From Calditrichaceae bacterium (GTDB lineage: Bacteria > Calditrichota > Calditrichia > Calditrichales > JBFXGD01): a stretch of DNA of 64,000 bases. The notes under the pieces are model-generated. The model was not told where the DNA came from. It made no database searches and saw only the letters and a program-made list of their open reading frames with translations. Shown here piece after piece: positions 29,060 to 39,215 of the stretch. The stretch covers positions 1 to 64,000 of the forward strand of contig JBFXLE010000004.1 of NCBI GenBank assembly GCA_050173015.1, given 5' to 3'. A program made the position numbers and the translations under genes. Each line of letters opens with the position of its first letter. The first letter of the stretch is position 1.

Positions 29060-31615
29060 ATGTCCGCCATGAAATTTGAAGCCATTTTAAGTGAATTTGA
29101 AAAATCTGTTAAAAAAAAGTTCAATGTTTACAACAGCTTATTTTTAAATCTTCCGTTCCACCAGATCAGTAATACAGGGATCATGATTCCACTCATGCAT
29201 AATGCATGCAGGGAGGGACTTGAAGCCGGCAGGGATCCGCTCGAAATTCTGGATTCATTTTTTGATGCACAAGCCCGGATCAGTTCAGAAAAAGAAAAAA
29301 TCGATTTTATGTTCCGGATAATACAATATGTTGAACGGCAGATTGTGCTTTATGACAGTGTTGAAGACGCCGCCTTTTCGCGCTTAAACCAGTATGCGGA
29401 TGAATTATCATTAAAAGAATATGTACATCTGCTGTCCGGCAAAGTGGATGAGCGTAAACTACTGGAGAAACTTTCAGCATTCAGTGCCCGACTAGTATTG
29501 ACTGCTCACCCGACACAGTTTTATTCTCCGGCAGTACTTGATATAATTTCGAAATTAAGAAATTTGATAAATGACAATAATATAGATCAAATTGATCTGG
29601 CGTTGCAGCAACTGGGATTAACATCACTGATTAACACCAAAAAACCGACCCCGCTGGATGAAGCAAAAAATGTCATCTATTTTCTGCGGAATGTCTATTA
29701 CGACGCGGTCGCGGATATCTACTCCGGTATCAGGCAGAATTTCCACGGCAGAAGTTTTGATAATCCCAATATTATACAGTTGGGATTCTGGCCTGGCGGG
29801 GACCGGGACGGCAATCCTTTTGTTACGTCCGAAACAACCATGGCTGTAGCGGATGAACTGCGCAAGGCGCTAATGAAATGCTACTACCGGGATCTGAAAG
29901 ACCTGGACCAAAAGCTGACCTTCCGGGATGTCGAGTCAATTATTAATGAATTGCGCCCGCGCATCTATTCTGCCATGTTTGACAGCGCGAAGACGATCTC
30001 CTACAAAGAGATAATCAATCCGCTTTATCAGATAAAAAAAGCGGTCATCGCCAAATACAACAGTTTGTACCTGCAAGACCTGGATAATCTGATTGACAAG
30101 GTTAACATATTCAAAACGCATTTTGCGGCGCTGGATATCAGGCAAAACCACGCGGTGCACAGGCAAACTGTTGAATCTGTGTTAAAACATCAAAACCTTG
30201 TAAAATCCCGTATTGATGAGCTCTCCGAATCCGAATTAATCAGGATTCTTAGCCGGGAAAAAATCGAGGTCCGGGAAGAATGGTTTGATGACGATCTGAT
30301 AAAAGATACCATAATGACGATTTCGCAAATCAAACAGATTCAAAAAAAGAATGGCGCTGAAGGCTGTAACCGCTATATAATAAGCAATTCAGAAGATATC
30401 TTTTCGGTACTTTTTGTATTTGCATTGTTGCGCTGGTGCGGATGGGACAAAGATCAAATTCCGGTTGATATTATCCCATTGTTTGAATCGATGGACGGTA
30501 TGAAAAATGCGGAATCGATCATGCGCCGGTTATTTGAAATTGAAGAGTACCGTTCACATATTAAACGTCGCGATAACACACAAACGATCATGCTCGGATT
30601 TTCAGACGGCACCAAAGACGGCGGTTATCTTCAGGCAAACTGGTCTATCTTTAAAACAAAAGAAAAACTAACCGCGGTTTGTAAACAATACGGAATGAAA
30701 CCGGTATTCTTTGATGGCAGGGGAGGTCCTCCCGCGCGGGGCGGAGGGAAAACCCACCGGTTCTATGCCGCGCAGAGTCATAATATTGCCAATCACGCCA
30801 TTCAGCTTACCATACAGGGTCAAACGATTTCCAGCAAGTTCGGAACGAAACAACACTTCATTCATAATTGTGAACAGTTGCTGACCGCGGGATTATCCAA
30901 TAATTTAGCGGAACCGGAGACCAAAATATCTGATGAAGCACGGTCGCTTATAGAAGAACTGGGAAAAATTAGTTTTAATAAATACAATGAATTAAAAAAC
31001 CATAAAATGTTCATTCCCTATCTTGAAAACAAAAGTACTCTAAAATATTACAGCCAAAGCAAGATCGGCAGCCGGCCGTCAAAAAGGGGTAATAGCGCCA
31101 AACTGGAATTTAAGGATTTGCGGGCGATTCCGTTCGTGGGCTCATGGAGTCAGCTCAGACAGAATGTACCGGGCTATTTCGGAATTGGCACGGCAATAAA
31201 GGCACTGGTAAACGATGGAAAACTGGATGAATTGAAAAACCTGTTTAAAGATGTGGCTTTTTTTAAAGCGATGATCCTCAACAGCATGATGTCCATGTCG
31301 AAATGCTATTTTGAACTGACTGCCTATATTGCCAAAGATCCGGAGTATAAAGAATTCTGGAATATCCTGTTTGAAGAATATAAACTATCCAAAGAAATGA
31401 CCCTGTTAATTTCAGGATTTAACCAGCTCATGGAAGAAGAACCGGTTTCGCAAAACTCGATCGCCATTCGTGAAGCGATTGTACTTCCGCTGCTGGTTAT
31501 TCAGCAATACGCTTTGCAGAAAATCGAGCAAAATACAAACTACCGCAAATCCTATGAAAAAATAGTGGAACGTTCGTTATACGGCAATATAAACGCCAGC
31601 CGAAATTCGGCATAA
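29060..31615 (+). CDS. ppc: Phosphoenolpyruvate carboxylase
   Basis: VLTAHPT, GGDRDGNP, MLGFSDGTKDGG, GRGGPPARGGG, LRAIPFV. Confidence 0.95.
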   Translation: MSAMKFEAILSEFEKSVKKKFNVYNSLFLNLPFHQISNTGIMIPLMHNACREGLEAGRDPLEILDSFFDAQARISSEKEKIDFMFRIIQYVERQIVLYDSVEDAAFSRLNQYADELSLKEYVHLLSGKVDERKLLEKLSAFSARLVLTAHPTQFYSPAVLDIISKLRNLINDNNIDQIDLALQQLGLTSLINTKKPTPLDEAKNVIYFLRNVYYDAVADIYSGIRQNFHGRSFDNPNIIQLGFWPGGDRDGNPFVTSETTMAVADELRKALMKCYYRDLKDLDQKLTFRDVESIINELRPRIYSAMFDSAKTISYKEIINPLYQIKKAVIAKYNSLYLQDLDNLIDKVNIFKTHFAALDIRQNHAVHRQTVESVLKHQNLVKSRIDELSESELIRILSREKIEVREEWFDDDLIKDTIMTISQIKQIQKKNGAEGCNRYIISNSEDIFSVLFVFALLRWCGWDKDQIPVDIIPLFESMDGMKNAESIMRRLFEIEEYRSHIKRRDNTQTIMLGFSDGTKDGGYLQANWSIFKTKEKLTAVCKQYGMKPVFFDGRGGPPARGGGKTHRFYAAQSHNIANHAIQLTIQGQTISSKFGTKQHFIHNCEQLLTAGLSNNLAEPETKISDEARSLIEELGKISFNKYNELKNHKMFIPYLENKSTLKYYSQSKIGSRPSKRGNSAKLEFKDLRAIPFVGSWSQLRQNVPGYFGIGTAIKALVNDGKLDELKNLFKDVAFFKAMILNSMMSMSKCYFELTAYIAKDPEYKEFWNILFEEYKLSKEMTLLISGFNQLMEEEPVSQNSIAIREAIVLPLLVIQQYALQKIEQNTNYRKSYEKIVERSLYGNINASRNSA

Positions 31616-32013
31616 AAAAAATACAGTTTCAGGACACATGGAAATTTCTACACTTGTTCCTGTGGAAAGTTTTATAATGGAACGAAAATTTACTTATTAA
31701 ATCACCTGGTGCGAATAAAATTGTCAATCAACATTAAATAGGAATCAAATAACGCGGGACAATAACATAATCCCACAAGAACAATCGGTTAAATTCCCCG
31801 GGCAAAATATCAAGATATGGCCTGATATCGAAATTTTCCACCTCCATGGGGGTGGAAGGAATGAGTAAACAGTTCTACTTTAATGAACATTTAATAATGG
31901 GGGGATTACAACTCCACTTTCTTCAATGTCACAAATGTCCCAGTCATGGCGCCGGTATGCAGGTAAAAAACGACGAGGAAATGAACTACAACGATGATTT
32001 TGAAGAAACATGG

Positions 32014-32124
32014 TAAGTTAACTCTGAAACTTGAGAAGTTACGCCGGAAACTTCTGAAGTTACTCCGGAAAGTTCTGAAGTTACGCCGAAAAGTTCTGAA
32101 GTTACAAACGTAACCCGGGAAGTT
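32014..32124. repeat. 21-bp tandem repeat, ~5 copies
   Basis: GAAGTTACGCCGGAAACTTCT-like units at 32014, 32035, 32056, 32077, 32098. Confidence 0.85.
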
Positions 32125-32428
32125 TCATACTCCCGCTCCCGGACGCTCGTATATAAGGCTTCTCAACATTTTTATTTGAAGCGCTGTTGACAGGAAAATG
32201 AAACCGGGATTCAACCCCAAATACTGATAGCAACAATTTGATCCGATCTCGTGCCGGATATCAGACAATAAGAAAAAATGGTTTGGAGTATGTTCTGAGA
32301 TACCCTTATACTGTTGAACGGAAGAGCGAACTGATTCCAACGATTAATTATTCGAATATTAGAAAATATTGATAAATAACAGAAGCGCCTGATTAATATC
32401 ATATCATATTTTTTGAATGGTCTGAGAT

Positions 32429-33004
32429 ATGGGTAAACTCAAAAAATTTTTGCTGTTTGAACAACATGTGTGCCCCTGGTGGCTGGCATATTCATGGGAT
32501 CACCGTTTACGAAAACTAATACATAATCCTGAAAAAATCCTTAAGCCATATTTATCTGAAGGTGATATTGTCGCGGATGTCGGATGCGGAATGGGATTTT
32601 TCTCAATCGCGGCGGCAAAATATGTTGGTTCATCAGGGCGGGTTTTCTCCGTTGATGTCCAACAAAAAATGCTTGATATTCTGCAAAAACGGGCGCAATA
32701 TTCTAAACATACACTCCCGATTACATCCATATTAGCTGATCGGGTTCACCAAATGATTACGGACCCAATAGATTTTCTCTTAAATTTCTGGATGTTGCAT
32801 GAAGTTAATGACAAAACAGAATTTCTTAATTATTGGCACAGACAATTAAAGCAAGGTGGAAAATATTTGCTTGTTGAGCCGAAGATTCATACTTCCCGGA
32901 AATCATTTGAGGAAGAAATACGCCTATGTGAATCAGTAGGCTTTGAAAAAATCGAAAGGCCCATTATTCGAACAAGCCGCGCGGTACTTTTTCGCAAAGT
33001 ATAA
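32429..33004 (+). CDS. Class I SAM-dependent methyltransferase
   Basis: HVCPWW, VADVGCGMGFF, VDVQQKML, FWMLHE. Confidence 0.9.
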   Translation: MGKLKKFLLFEQHVCPWWLAYSWDHRLRKLIHNPEKILKPYLSEGDIVADVGCGMGFFSIAAAKYVGSSGRVFSVDVQQKMLDILQKRAQYSKHTLPITSILADRVHQMITDPIDFLLNFWMLHEVNDKTEFLNYWHRQLKQGGKYLLVEPKIHTSRKSFEEEIRLCESVGFEKIERPIIRTSRAVLFRKV

Positions 33005-33495
33005 AACGATTGTAAAAGTATAACCGATTCATCATTCCGGCAGCCCCCGGATCCCGCGTGTCGGACGCGTCGGGAAAATGTTGCCCGTAAACGCTGTCTG
33101 TACGCCTGAGGAACTACCCGTCATTCGGAAAATTTCAAATTTGTCGAAGAGCAGGGTGTTCATGTCAGGGATAAATAGTGAACTTCCGCGTAAATTGCCC
33201 CCGGAAATACAGATCTACAAAAAGAAACTCTCATCGAGGAATTGTTTGAGCTTATTACATGGTTTCATACGATAGAATGATCGTCTGAAAGCGATGCTAA
33301 GTAACACGAAAACCGATTTTTGATGCATTATCGGATGCAATCAGCATATTGGGAAGAATGATTATTTCAAATCATTGAAGACGCGTATCTGATCTGAAAT
33401 GAGAAAAAACGCATTATACACGGTTGGAGTCAGAATTTAAACACGTCCGTTTACTACATTTTGCAATAAAAAATTACACATAAAGGAGACCAGCC

Positions 33496-34098
33496 TTGCG
33501 AAAAATCATCGTTCTCACCTTTGTTAGCCTCGATGGCGTGATCCAGGCGCCCGGCGGGCCTGAAGAAGATATTTCCGGCGATTTTAAGTACGGAGGCTGG
33601 ACCGCTCCGTATTTTGACGAATTTGCGGGTGAATTGATGGAAAAGCAGATGAGTAAGCCTTTTGAGTTATTGTTGGGCAGAACTACCTTTGAAATCTTCG
33701 CCTCATACTGGCCGCGCCATAGCGCCGGGTGGCCCGGTGTCAATGAAACAAAAAAATATGTGGTCGCGCGCGGGGAAATGAAGCTTGATTGGGAAAATTC
33801 GATTCTTCTCAAGGATGACGTTGTTTCAAAAATAAAAAAACTCAAAGAACAGGACGGTCCTGATTTACAAGTTTATGGTAGTGGTAATTTCGTTCAAACT
33901 CTCTTAAAGCATGATTTGGCTGATGAACTGTGGCTCAAAATCTTCCCGGTAACACTCGGGTCGGGAAAGCGCTTGTTTGCCGCGGGAACGAGTCCTGCAG
34001 CTTTCAAATTAACGGAGAGCAAAGTATCGCCGCTTGGTGTCATTTTTGCTAATTACAAACGCGCCGGCGAAGTGAAGACGGGTTCTTTTGGGGCATAG
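33496..34098 (+). CDS. Dihydrofolate reductase-family (RibD C-terminal) protein
   Basis: VSLDGVIQAPG, LLLGRTTF, GSGNFVQTL, LGSGKRLF. Confidence 0.9.
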   Translation: MRKIIVLTFVSLDGVIQAPGGPEEDISGDFKYGGWTAPYFDEFAGELMEKQMSKPFELLLGRTTFEIFASYWPRHSAGWPGVNETKKYVVARGEMKLDWENSILLKDDVVSKIKKLKEQDGPDLQVYGSGNFVQTLLKHDLADELWLKIFPVTLGSGKRLFAAGTSPAAFKLTESKVSPLGVIFANYKRAGEVKTGSFGA

Positions 34099-34157
34099 AT
34101 AATGGTGCCTGTATTGAGAATATCCACTCCGCCAAAAACACGGATACCCGGGGACAA

Positions 34158-34772
34158 ATGAACAAAAACATCCAAAACGGAATGAATCCGAAGGTTGACT
34201 TTTTTTTCAGAAAGGCCAAAAAGTGGCGGGAAGAATATGAGAAGTTGAGAACCATCGTCCTTGATTGCGGGCTAACCGAAGAATTGAAGTGGGGCGTTCC
34301 TTGTTACACATTGCAAAACAATAATATCGTTTTAATACATGGTTTTAAGGAATACTGCGCGCTTCTGTTTCACAAGGGCGTCCTGTTAAAAGATGTAAAG
34401 GGGATTTTAATCCAACAAACCAAAAATGTGCAGGCCGGGCGACAGATTCGCTTTACCAATATTCAGGAAATAGTCGGGATGGAAGCCGATCTGAAAACCT
34501 ATATTTATGAGGCAATTGCAGTTGAAAAAGCCGGTCTGCAAGTGAACTTAAAAAAGACTTCAGACTTTACCATACCGCGGGAATTTCAAAAGGTTTTGAA
34601 TGAAGACCACGCCTTAAGAATCGCGTTTGATGCACTGACACCGGGACGACAAAGAGGATACCTTCTTTATTTTGCTCAACCCAAACAAACCAAAACCCGG
34701 GAGTCAAGGGTTGAAAAATGTATACCACAAATTCTTGATGGAATTGGGTTAAATGACCGGAAAACGCGTTGA
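34158..34772 (+). CDS. YdeI-family protein (DUF1801 + OmdA domains)
   Basis: LTEELKWGVPCYT, HGFKEYCALLF, ALTPGRQRGY. Confidence 0.9.
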   Translation: MNKNIQNGMNPKVDFFFRKAKKWREEYEKLRTIVLDCGLTEELKWGVPCYTLQNNNIVLIHGFKEYCALLFHKGVLLKDVKGILIQQTKNVQAGRQIRFTNIQEIVGMEADLKTYIYEAIAVEKAGLQVNLKKTSDFTIPREFQKVLNEDHALRIAFDALTPGRQRGYLLYFAQPKQTKTRESRVEKCIPQILDGIGLNDRKTR

Positions 34773-35155
34773 GAAATTATGTCAGGTCGGCGCCTGATTT
34801 TTTCATCACCCTGACGCTTCCGGCCGCGGCGTGATTTTAGAAATTTGAGTATTGACACATCTTTTAAATTTTCTCAAGTTAGATTCCTGAGAGCAACGCA
34901 AAATTTCATACAGTTAATCGGGTCGTATCCCGTTATAAGCGCCGGAGCATATAAAGTATGTCGTGGCTCAAAGTTTTTGTACGCGGATAAGGCGCGTATT
35001 GATTTATTTAAATAAAATCTCGTAAATTAGAATTGCCTGATTGGTTGTCATAGTTTTCCAACGCATTAAAAATAATTTTATTATATCTTTGTTTATATAT
35101 GATGCTAAATTTTACTGGCTTTCAAACCGGACCGGGAATTGAAAAGGATATCTAA

Positions 35156-35554
35156 ATGAGAAAGATAATATTTTTGTTGTGGATCGTATTTATCAGTTTG
35201 CTAATCAGTTGCGATGAAAACTCACGTTTGAGTTTAGCATTTTCACCACCCAAATGTACACTCGCGGAATTGGAAAAAAAGGACTATACTCCGGGTAGTT
35301 TTGCCCGTATCAGTTATAAGGCAACAAATGTTAGCGATCCCATTGCCTTCAGTGTCGCATGTATAATAAAACTAAAAAAGGGAAATTTAATTGTAGACCG
35401 GAGCAGCGTATATTTTGGAACACTTGAATCAGGTGAATCATCCATAGAAGATGCTGTATTTTCAAAAATAAAAACACATACAGAATATGACGATGTCGAA
35501 ATTACCTTATCATGGTACGATGCAAATAATGAATATTACGAAAAGTCATATTAA
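35156..35554 (+). CDS. Hypothetical lipoprotein
   Basis: Lipobox LLISC. Confidence 0.75.
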   Translation: MRKIIFLLWIVFISLLISCDENSRLSLAFSPPKCTLAELEKKDYTPGSFARISYKATNVSDPIAFSVACIIKLKKGNLIVDRSSVYFGTLESGESSIEDAVFSKIKTHTEYDDVEITLSWYDANNEYYEKSY

Positions 35555-35596
35555 TTTCACATAACCCGGGAAACCTTATTTGCTTTTCAGTCTTTA

Positions 35597-35822
35597 TTTC
35601 TACAAAAATTCATCCCTCCGGGATTGGGATTAATGAATAAATTGAAAACTCTGGGTTGATGTAACAATGTTAAATAGATTGGATATGGAAACCCGACGCC
35701 GGAGGCGTCACAGCTTAGTAGAATAGGGATTCCGTGGTGTGTTGTTCGACCCCGACGGGGTCGCAGAAAGATGTGGTGTCTGTTTTTCTATTAACGTGTA
35801 ATCCCTTCGGGATTGGGAATAA
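35597..35822. repeat. Cluster of REP-like short hairpins
   Basis: ATCCC-TCC-GGGAT, GACGCC-GGA-GGCGTC, CGACCCC-GAC-GGGGTCG, AATCCC-TTC-GGGATT; a related copy lies at 48050-48120. Confidence 0.7.
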
Positions 35823-36133
35823 GCGTATGTATTAAAACCCGGAGTGTCTAAAAATTGTAATGAGAAAGGTTTAAAACGTTTGCGCGAAAGTTAAGCCACC
35901 CTTGAAAATTTCATCCTTTTGTTTATAATAATAACGTTATTATTTCATCTTTTGTCTTTTTGCTTCAATCATTGAAAATGTGTACAAAGTTGATTTTGAT
36001 ATAGATGTCAGCTCATTTTTTGGATAATATTTCAGGCCGGTTTTAAGAAAAAAAGAAAATAATGGTTTTGGTTGTTTTCAAAAAGGTCCTGGTCTATTCA
36101 GCGTAGGAGCGTATTGTTCCCGACGGATAATTT

Positions 36134-36211
36134 TTCTAATATTGGAAACATTTTTTTTTCTAACATTAGAATAAGTTTTCTATATTTAGAAAAAGTTTTC
36201 CAATATTGGAA
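36134..36211. promoter_or_regulatory. Array of four palindromic operator-like boxes, consensus TTCYAATATTRGAA
   Basis: TTCTAATATTGGAA (36134), TTCTAACATTAGAA (36158), TTCTATATTTAGAA (36178), TTCCAATATTGGAA (36198). Confidence 0.75.
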
Positions 36212-36276
36212 TAAAATGATAATTAACAGAGACATCTAATTAATATGTTAGCCCTTAATATAAAAGTTACAGGTAT

Positions 36277-37518
36277 ATGAAGATGAAATTGATTACGACA
36301 ATATTATTAGTAATTTTTGTTTTTGGATCTGCTTTTTCCCAATCATCTTACACTGGACAGACAGTAGAAGACTTATTCGACTTGCCTGAAGAAGAAATAA
36401 ATATCGGGGTTGCTTCTCTAGTTTTGGCAAAAGAATTCTATCCTGATATGAACGTTGATTTCTTCCTTTATAGTTTTGATTATATGGCTCAACGATTTAG
36501 TGAAGTGTTTGGACAATATGAAAATCCTGATGAAAGAGTGCGTGCCTTGAACACATATTTTTACAAATCAGGTTTTTGGAATGATGGGATAACTTTCAGT
36601 TATGATGATGACGATTTACATGTGACCAAATTAAGTAACAGATTTATTAATGGTTATATTGCAACGAAGAAAGGCTCCTGCATTACGATGCCTTTGCTTT
36701 ATGTAATAATCGGTGAAAGGTTAGGATGGCCGATATATCCTGTTCGTTCAGCAAAACACTTCTTTGTTCGTTATATTCCAAAAGAATTGTCTTTTAACTT
36801 CCAGCAAAATATTGAAACCACCAATGGCGGTTCATTTATATCTGATGAGCAATATAAATTAGACGTTCAAATTCCTGACAAAGCGATTGAGAACGGTGTC
36901 TATTTACGAACTCTTTCAAAAAAAGAATATTTAGCATCCCTTCTTTTAATCAACGCCAATCAACATCTTGAAAATAACAACATTGAAATCGCCAAAAATT
37001 ATTTTAGAATCGCAATTAGATATGATTCTACTTTATCATCAGCCTATTGGAATTATGCCCTTATTCATTTTGCAGAAGCAAGAAAATTAGAAGAAGAACT
37101 ATATAACGAACAACAAACAGAAATTTCTTATTATGAAATTCAAGCGATGAATAAGAAGAATCAGTATATATATCCAAACCAGAATAAACCGACACAAAAG
37201 AATCTTATGGATTATTTGAAGATTAAAACACCTGATAAAGCCGCTTTTGAGACTTTTAACCATACGATTCCAGAGACTAAAGAAGTCAAATCCACGTCAA
37301 ATAAAAATATCTCGCTAACTTCGAATCAGAAAATAGAATTACAAACTTCACTGATGGAAATTGAAGAAAAATATAAACCAAAAATTCTTGCCAAACTTGA
37401 TGTTTATCGTGAGTATAAAAATAAAGCAGAAGAATTGGGAATTGTAACAAAGTATCCATTAGAGTTTTTTATTAAACAATCAGAAAGTCTAAAGCGATTT
37501 AAAGAGAAAGGAAATTAA
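36277..37518 (+). CDS. Secreted SirB1-like transglutaminase/papain-fold protein with TPR and C-terminal helical region
   Basis: Signal peptide (AFS-Q); KKGSCITMPLLYVIIGERLG, AKHFFVRY, NIETTNGG; TPR-like AKNYFRIAIRYD...AYWNYA. Confidence 0.8.
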   Translation: MKMKLITTILLVIFVFGSAFSQSSYTGQTVEDLFDLPEEEINIGVASLVLAKEFYPDMNVDFFLYSFDYMAQRFSEVFGQYENPDERVRALNTYFYKSGFWNDGITFSYDDDDLHVTKLSNRFINGYIATKKGSCITMPLLYVIIGERLGWPIYPVRSAKHFFVRYIPKELSFNFQQNIETTNGGSFISDEQYKLDVQIPDKAIENGVYLRTLSKKEYLASLLLINANQHLENNNIEIAKNYFRIAIRYDSTLSSAYWNYALIHFAEARKLEEELYNEQQTEISYYEIQAMNKKNQYIYPNQNKPTQKNLMDYLKIKTPDKAAFETFNHTIPETKEVKSTSNKNISLTSNQKIELQTSLMEIEEKYKPKILAKLDVYREYKNKAEELGIVTKYPLEFFIKQSESLKRFKEKGN

Positions 37519-37519
37519 G

Positions 37520-38281
37520 ATGAGATGGTTATCACTATCCACAATTTTATTATTTGTTTTGTCAAACCTATTATTTGCTGGTCGTTATTATGATGCCGCA
37601 ACTGGAAGGTTTATGCAAATTGATCCCCATTCTTCCAAATATCCATCTGTAAGTCCCTATAATTATACTTTAAATAATCCTCTTAAAAATATTGATCCGG
37701 ATGGTAAGGATGTTTTGGATGCAATTACGGGCAAACCTTTAACAGTTACTGAAATGACATCAAGAACAAAAAACCTAATAACGCAAATGAATTCATCATC
37801 AAAAGGTATTTTTGCTTCAAACGTTATTACTACTCATTCAAATTTTAGAGAAGATTTATACCAAATATGGGGTGGTCGCCAAGTAGACTGGGGTGGCACA
37901 ATGGGTTTTACATTTTTTGGAACTCAAACTGGATATCCAAGATATACAATGAATACAATGTTTACTTTAAATAATGAAAATATTAATGCCGGTTGGACTA
38001 CTCAAATGACAGCCTCTCCTTCATTACAATTAAATCCTGCGTTATCTAATGATTACAATCAAAACATATATAATTTGTCATTCGGTGCAACAACATTTGA
38101 TGCAGAAGGTAATTCTGTTCATTCTGATTATGTTATTAAAATAACTGGTACAATTGCTGAGATTAACTTCGCACTTGCTGGTACTGGGTATGAATTATAT
38201 AAAAATGATAAGGGTAAATATATATTTAGACAGATTGTAGAAGATAAGGAAGAAGATGAGAAGGAAAAGAATGATGAATAG
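37520..38281 (+). CDS. Signal peptide + Rhs-associated core + unknown C-terminal (putative toxin) domain
   Basis: MRWLSLSTILLFVLSNLLFA-GRYYDAATGRFMQIDP...SPYNYTLNNPLKNIDPDGK; no YD-repeat shell. Confidence 0.85.
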   Translation: MRWLSLSTILLFVLSNLLFAGRYYDAATGRFMQIDPHSSKYPSVSPYNYTLNNPLKNIDPDGKDVLDAITGKPLTVTEMTSRTKNLITQMNSSSKGIFASNVITTHSNFREDLYQIWGGRQVDWGGTMGFTFFGTQTGYPRYTMNTMFTLNNENINAGWTTQMTASPSLQLNPALSNDYNQNIYNLSFGATTFDAEGNSVHSDYVIKITGTIAEINFALAGTGYELYKNDKGKYIFRQIVEDKEEDEKEKNDE

Positions 38282-39095
38282 AATTATAATTTTATCTTTA
38301 GTTGTTTTTTTTTCAAATTGTAAAATGAATGAAATTGATAGCCAAAAGAATATGATATTAATTCCTGGTGGTTCTTTTTTTATAGGTACTGATACATCCA
38401 CTGCAATTAAGTTTGCTAATAATAATCCAACTTTATGTGATTTTTCATGGTTTACAGACCAATTTCCGAAACATAAAGTTTCAATAGATACATTTTATAT
38501 CGATAAATATGAAGTAACCATTGGTGAATACGAAGATTTTATTTCAGCAACTAATTATGTTTCTATCGGTGATTGGAAAAGTTATTATAATTTCCTAAAG
38601 GATTCATTAAAATTAAATAAGAATATTAGAAACTTTCCCATAGCAGGTATCACTTGGGATGATGCATTTGAATATTGTAATTGGAAAGGAAAAAGATTAC
38701 CAACAGAAGCTGAATGGGAATATGTAGCAAAGGGTAGAACAAAAGATTTAGCATACCCGTGGGGGATGTACTATGATTCTTCAAAAGGAAATGTTCAAAA
38801 TATTAAAGGCCCACTACCAGTTGGTAATTTCTTACCTAATAGTTACGGTGTTTTTGACCTTGGTGGGAATGTTCAAGAGTGGTGCTATGATATATATGAC
38901 AAAGATTATTATGCCATTGCAGACTCAATAAACCCAAAAGGTCCAAAGGAAGGCCTAAGTAGAGTGGTCAGGGGGGGAAGTTGGTATCTAAATGGGAAAT
39001 TTTATTCAAGGTCTGCTACGAGATCAACTACATTGTATAAAGATAATTATATTAATCTAGTCGGATTTAGATGTGCCAAAAACTATAAAGACTAA
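38271..39095 (+). CDS. Formylglycine-generating enzyme (SUMF1/FGE-sulfatase) domain lipoprotein, putative immunity protein
   Basis: Lipobox FFSNC; DKYEVT, RLPTEAEWEY, GNVQEW, RVVRGGSW, GFRCA; overlaps the upstream stop. Confidence 0.88.
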   Translation: MMNRIIILSLVVFFSNCKMNEIDSQKNMILIPGGSFFIGTDTSTAIKFANNNPTLCDFSWFTDQFPKHKVSIDTFYIDKYEVTIGEYEDFISATNYVSIGDWKSYYNFLKDSLKLNKNIRNFPIAGITWDDAFEYCNWKGKRLPTEAEWEYVAKGRTKDLAYPWGMYYDSSKGNVQNIKGPLPVGNFLPNSYGVFDLGGNVQEWCYDIYDKDYYAIADSINPKGPKEGLSRVVRGGSWYLNGKFYSRSATRSTTLYKDNYINLVGFRCAKNYKD

Positions 39096-39111
39096 TTATA
39101 GTGTAATTTAG

Positions 39112-39215
39112 GGCTAACCAATCATTCGAGCTGACGGGAAACGCGGGGGATGATTTTCGGTTTTATCTTTAAATTTTGGGCTACTTATTCCCGCAGCTCA
39201 ATTCTAACGTTAGTG
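39112..39215 (+). other. Integron attC site (intact, isolated)
   Basis: GGCTAAC ... GTTAGTG; ATTCGAGCTGACGGGAA/TTCCCGCAGCTCAAT arms with two extrahelical bases. Confidence 0.9.

Noticed and set aside
29060-31615. ppc as a gene cassette
   Set aside because: No attC found downstream, and its long upstream region is unlike a cassette leader
32014-32124. Mini-CRISPR
   Set aside because: Contiguous 21-bp units with no unique spacers
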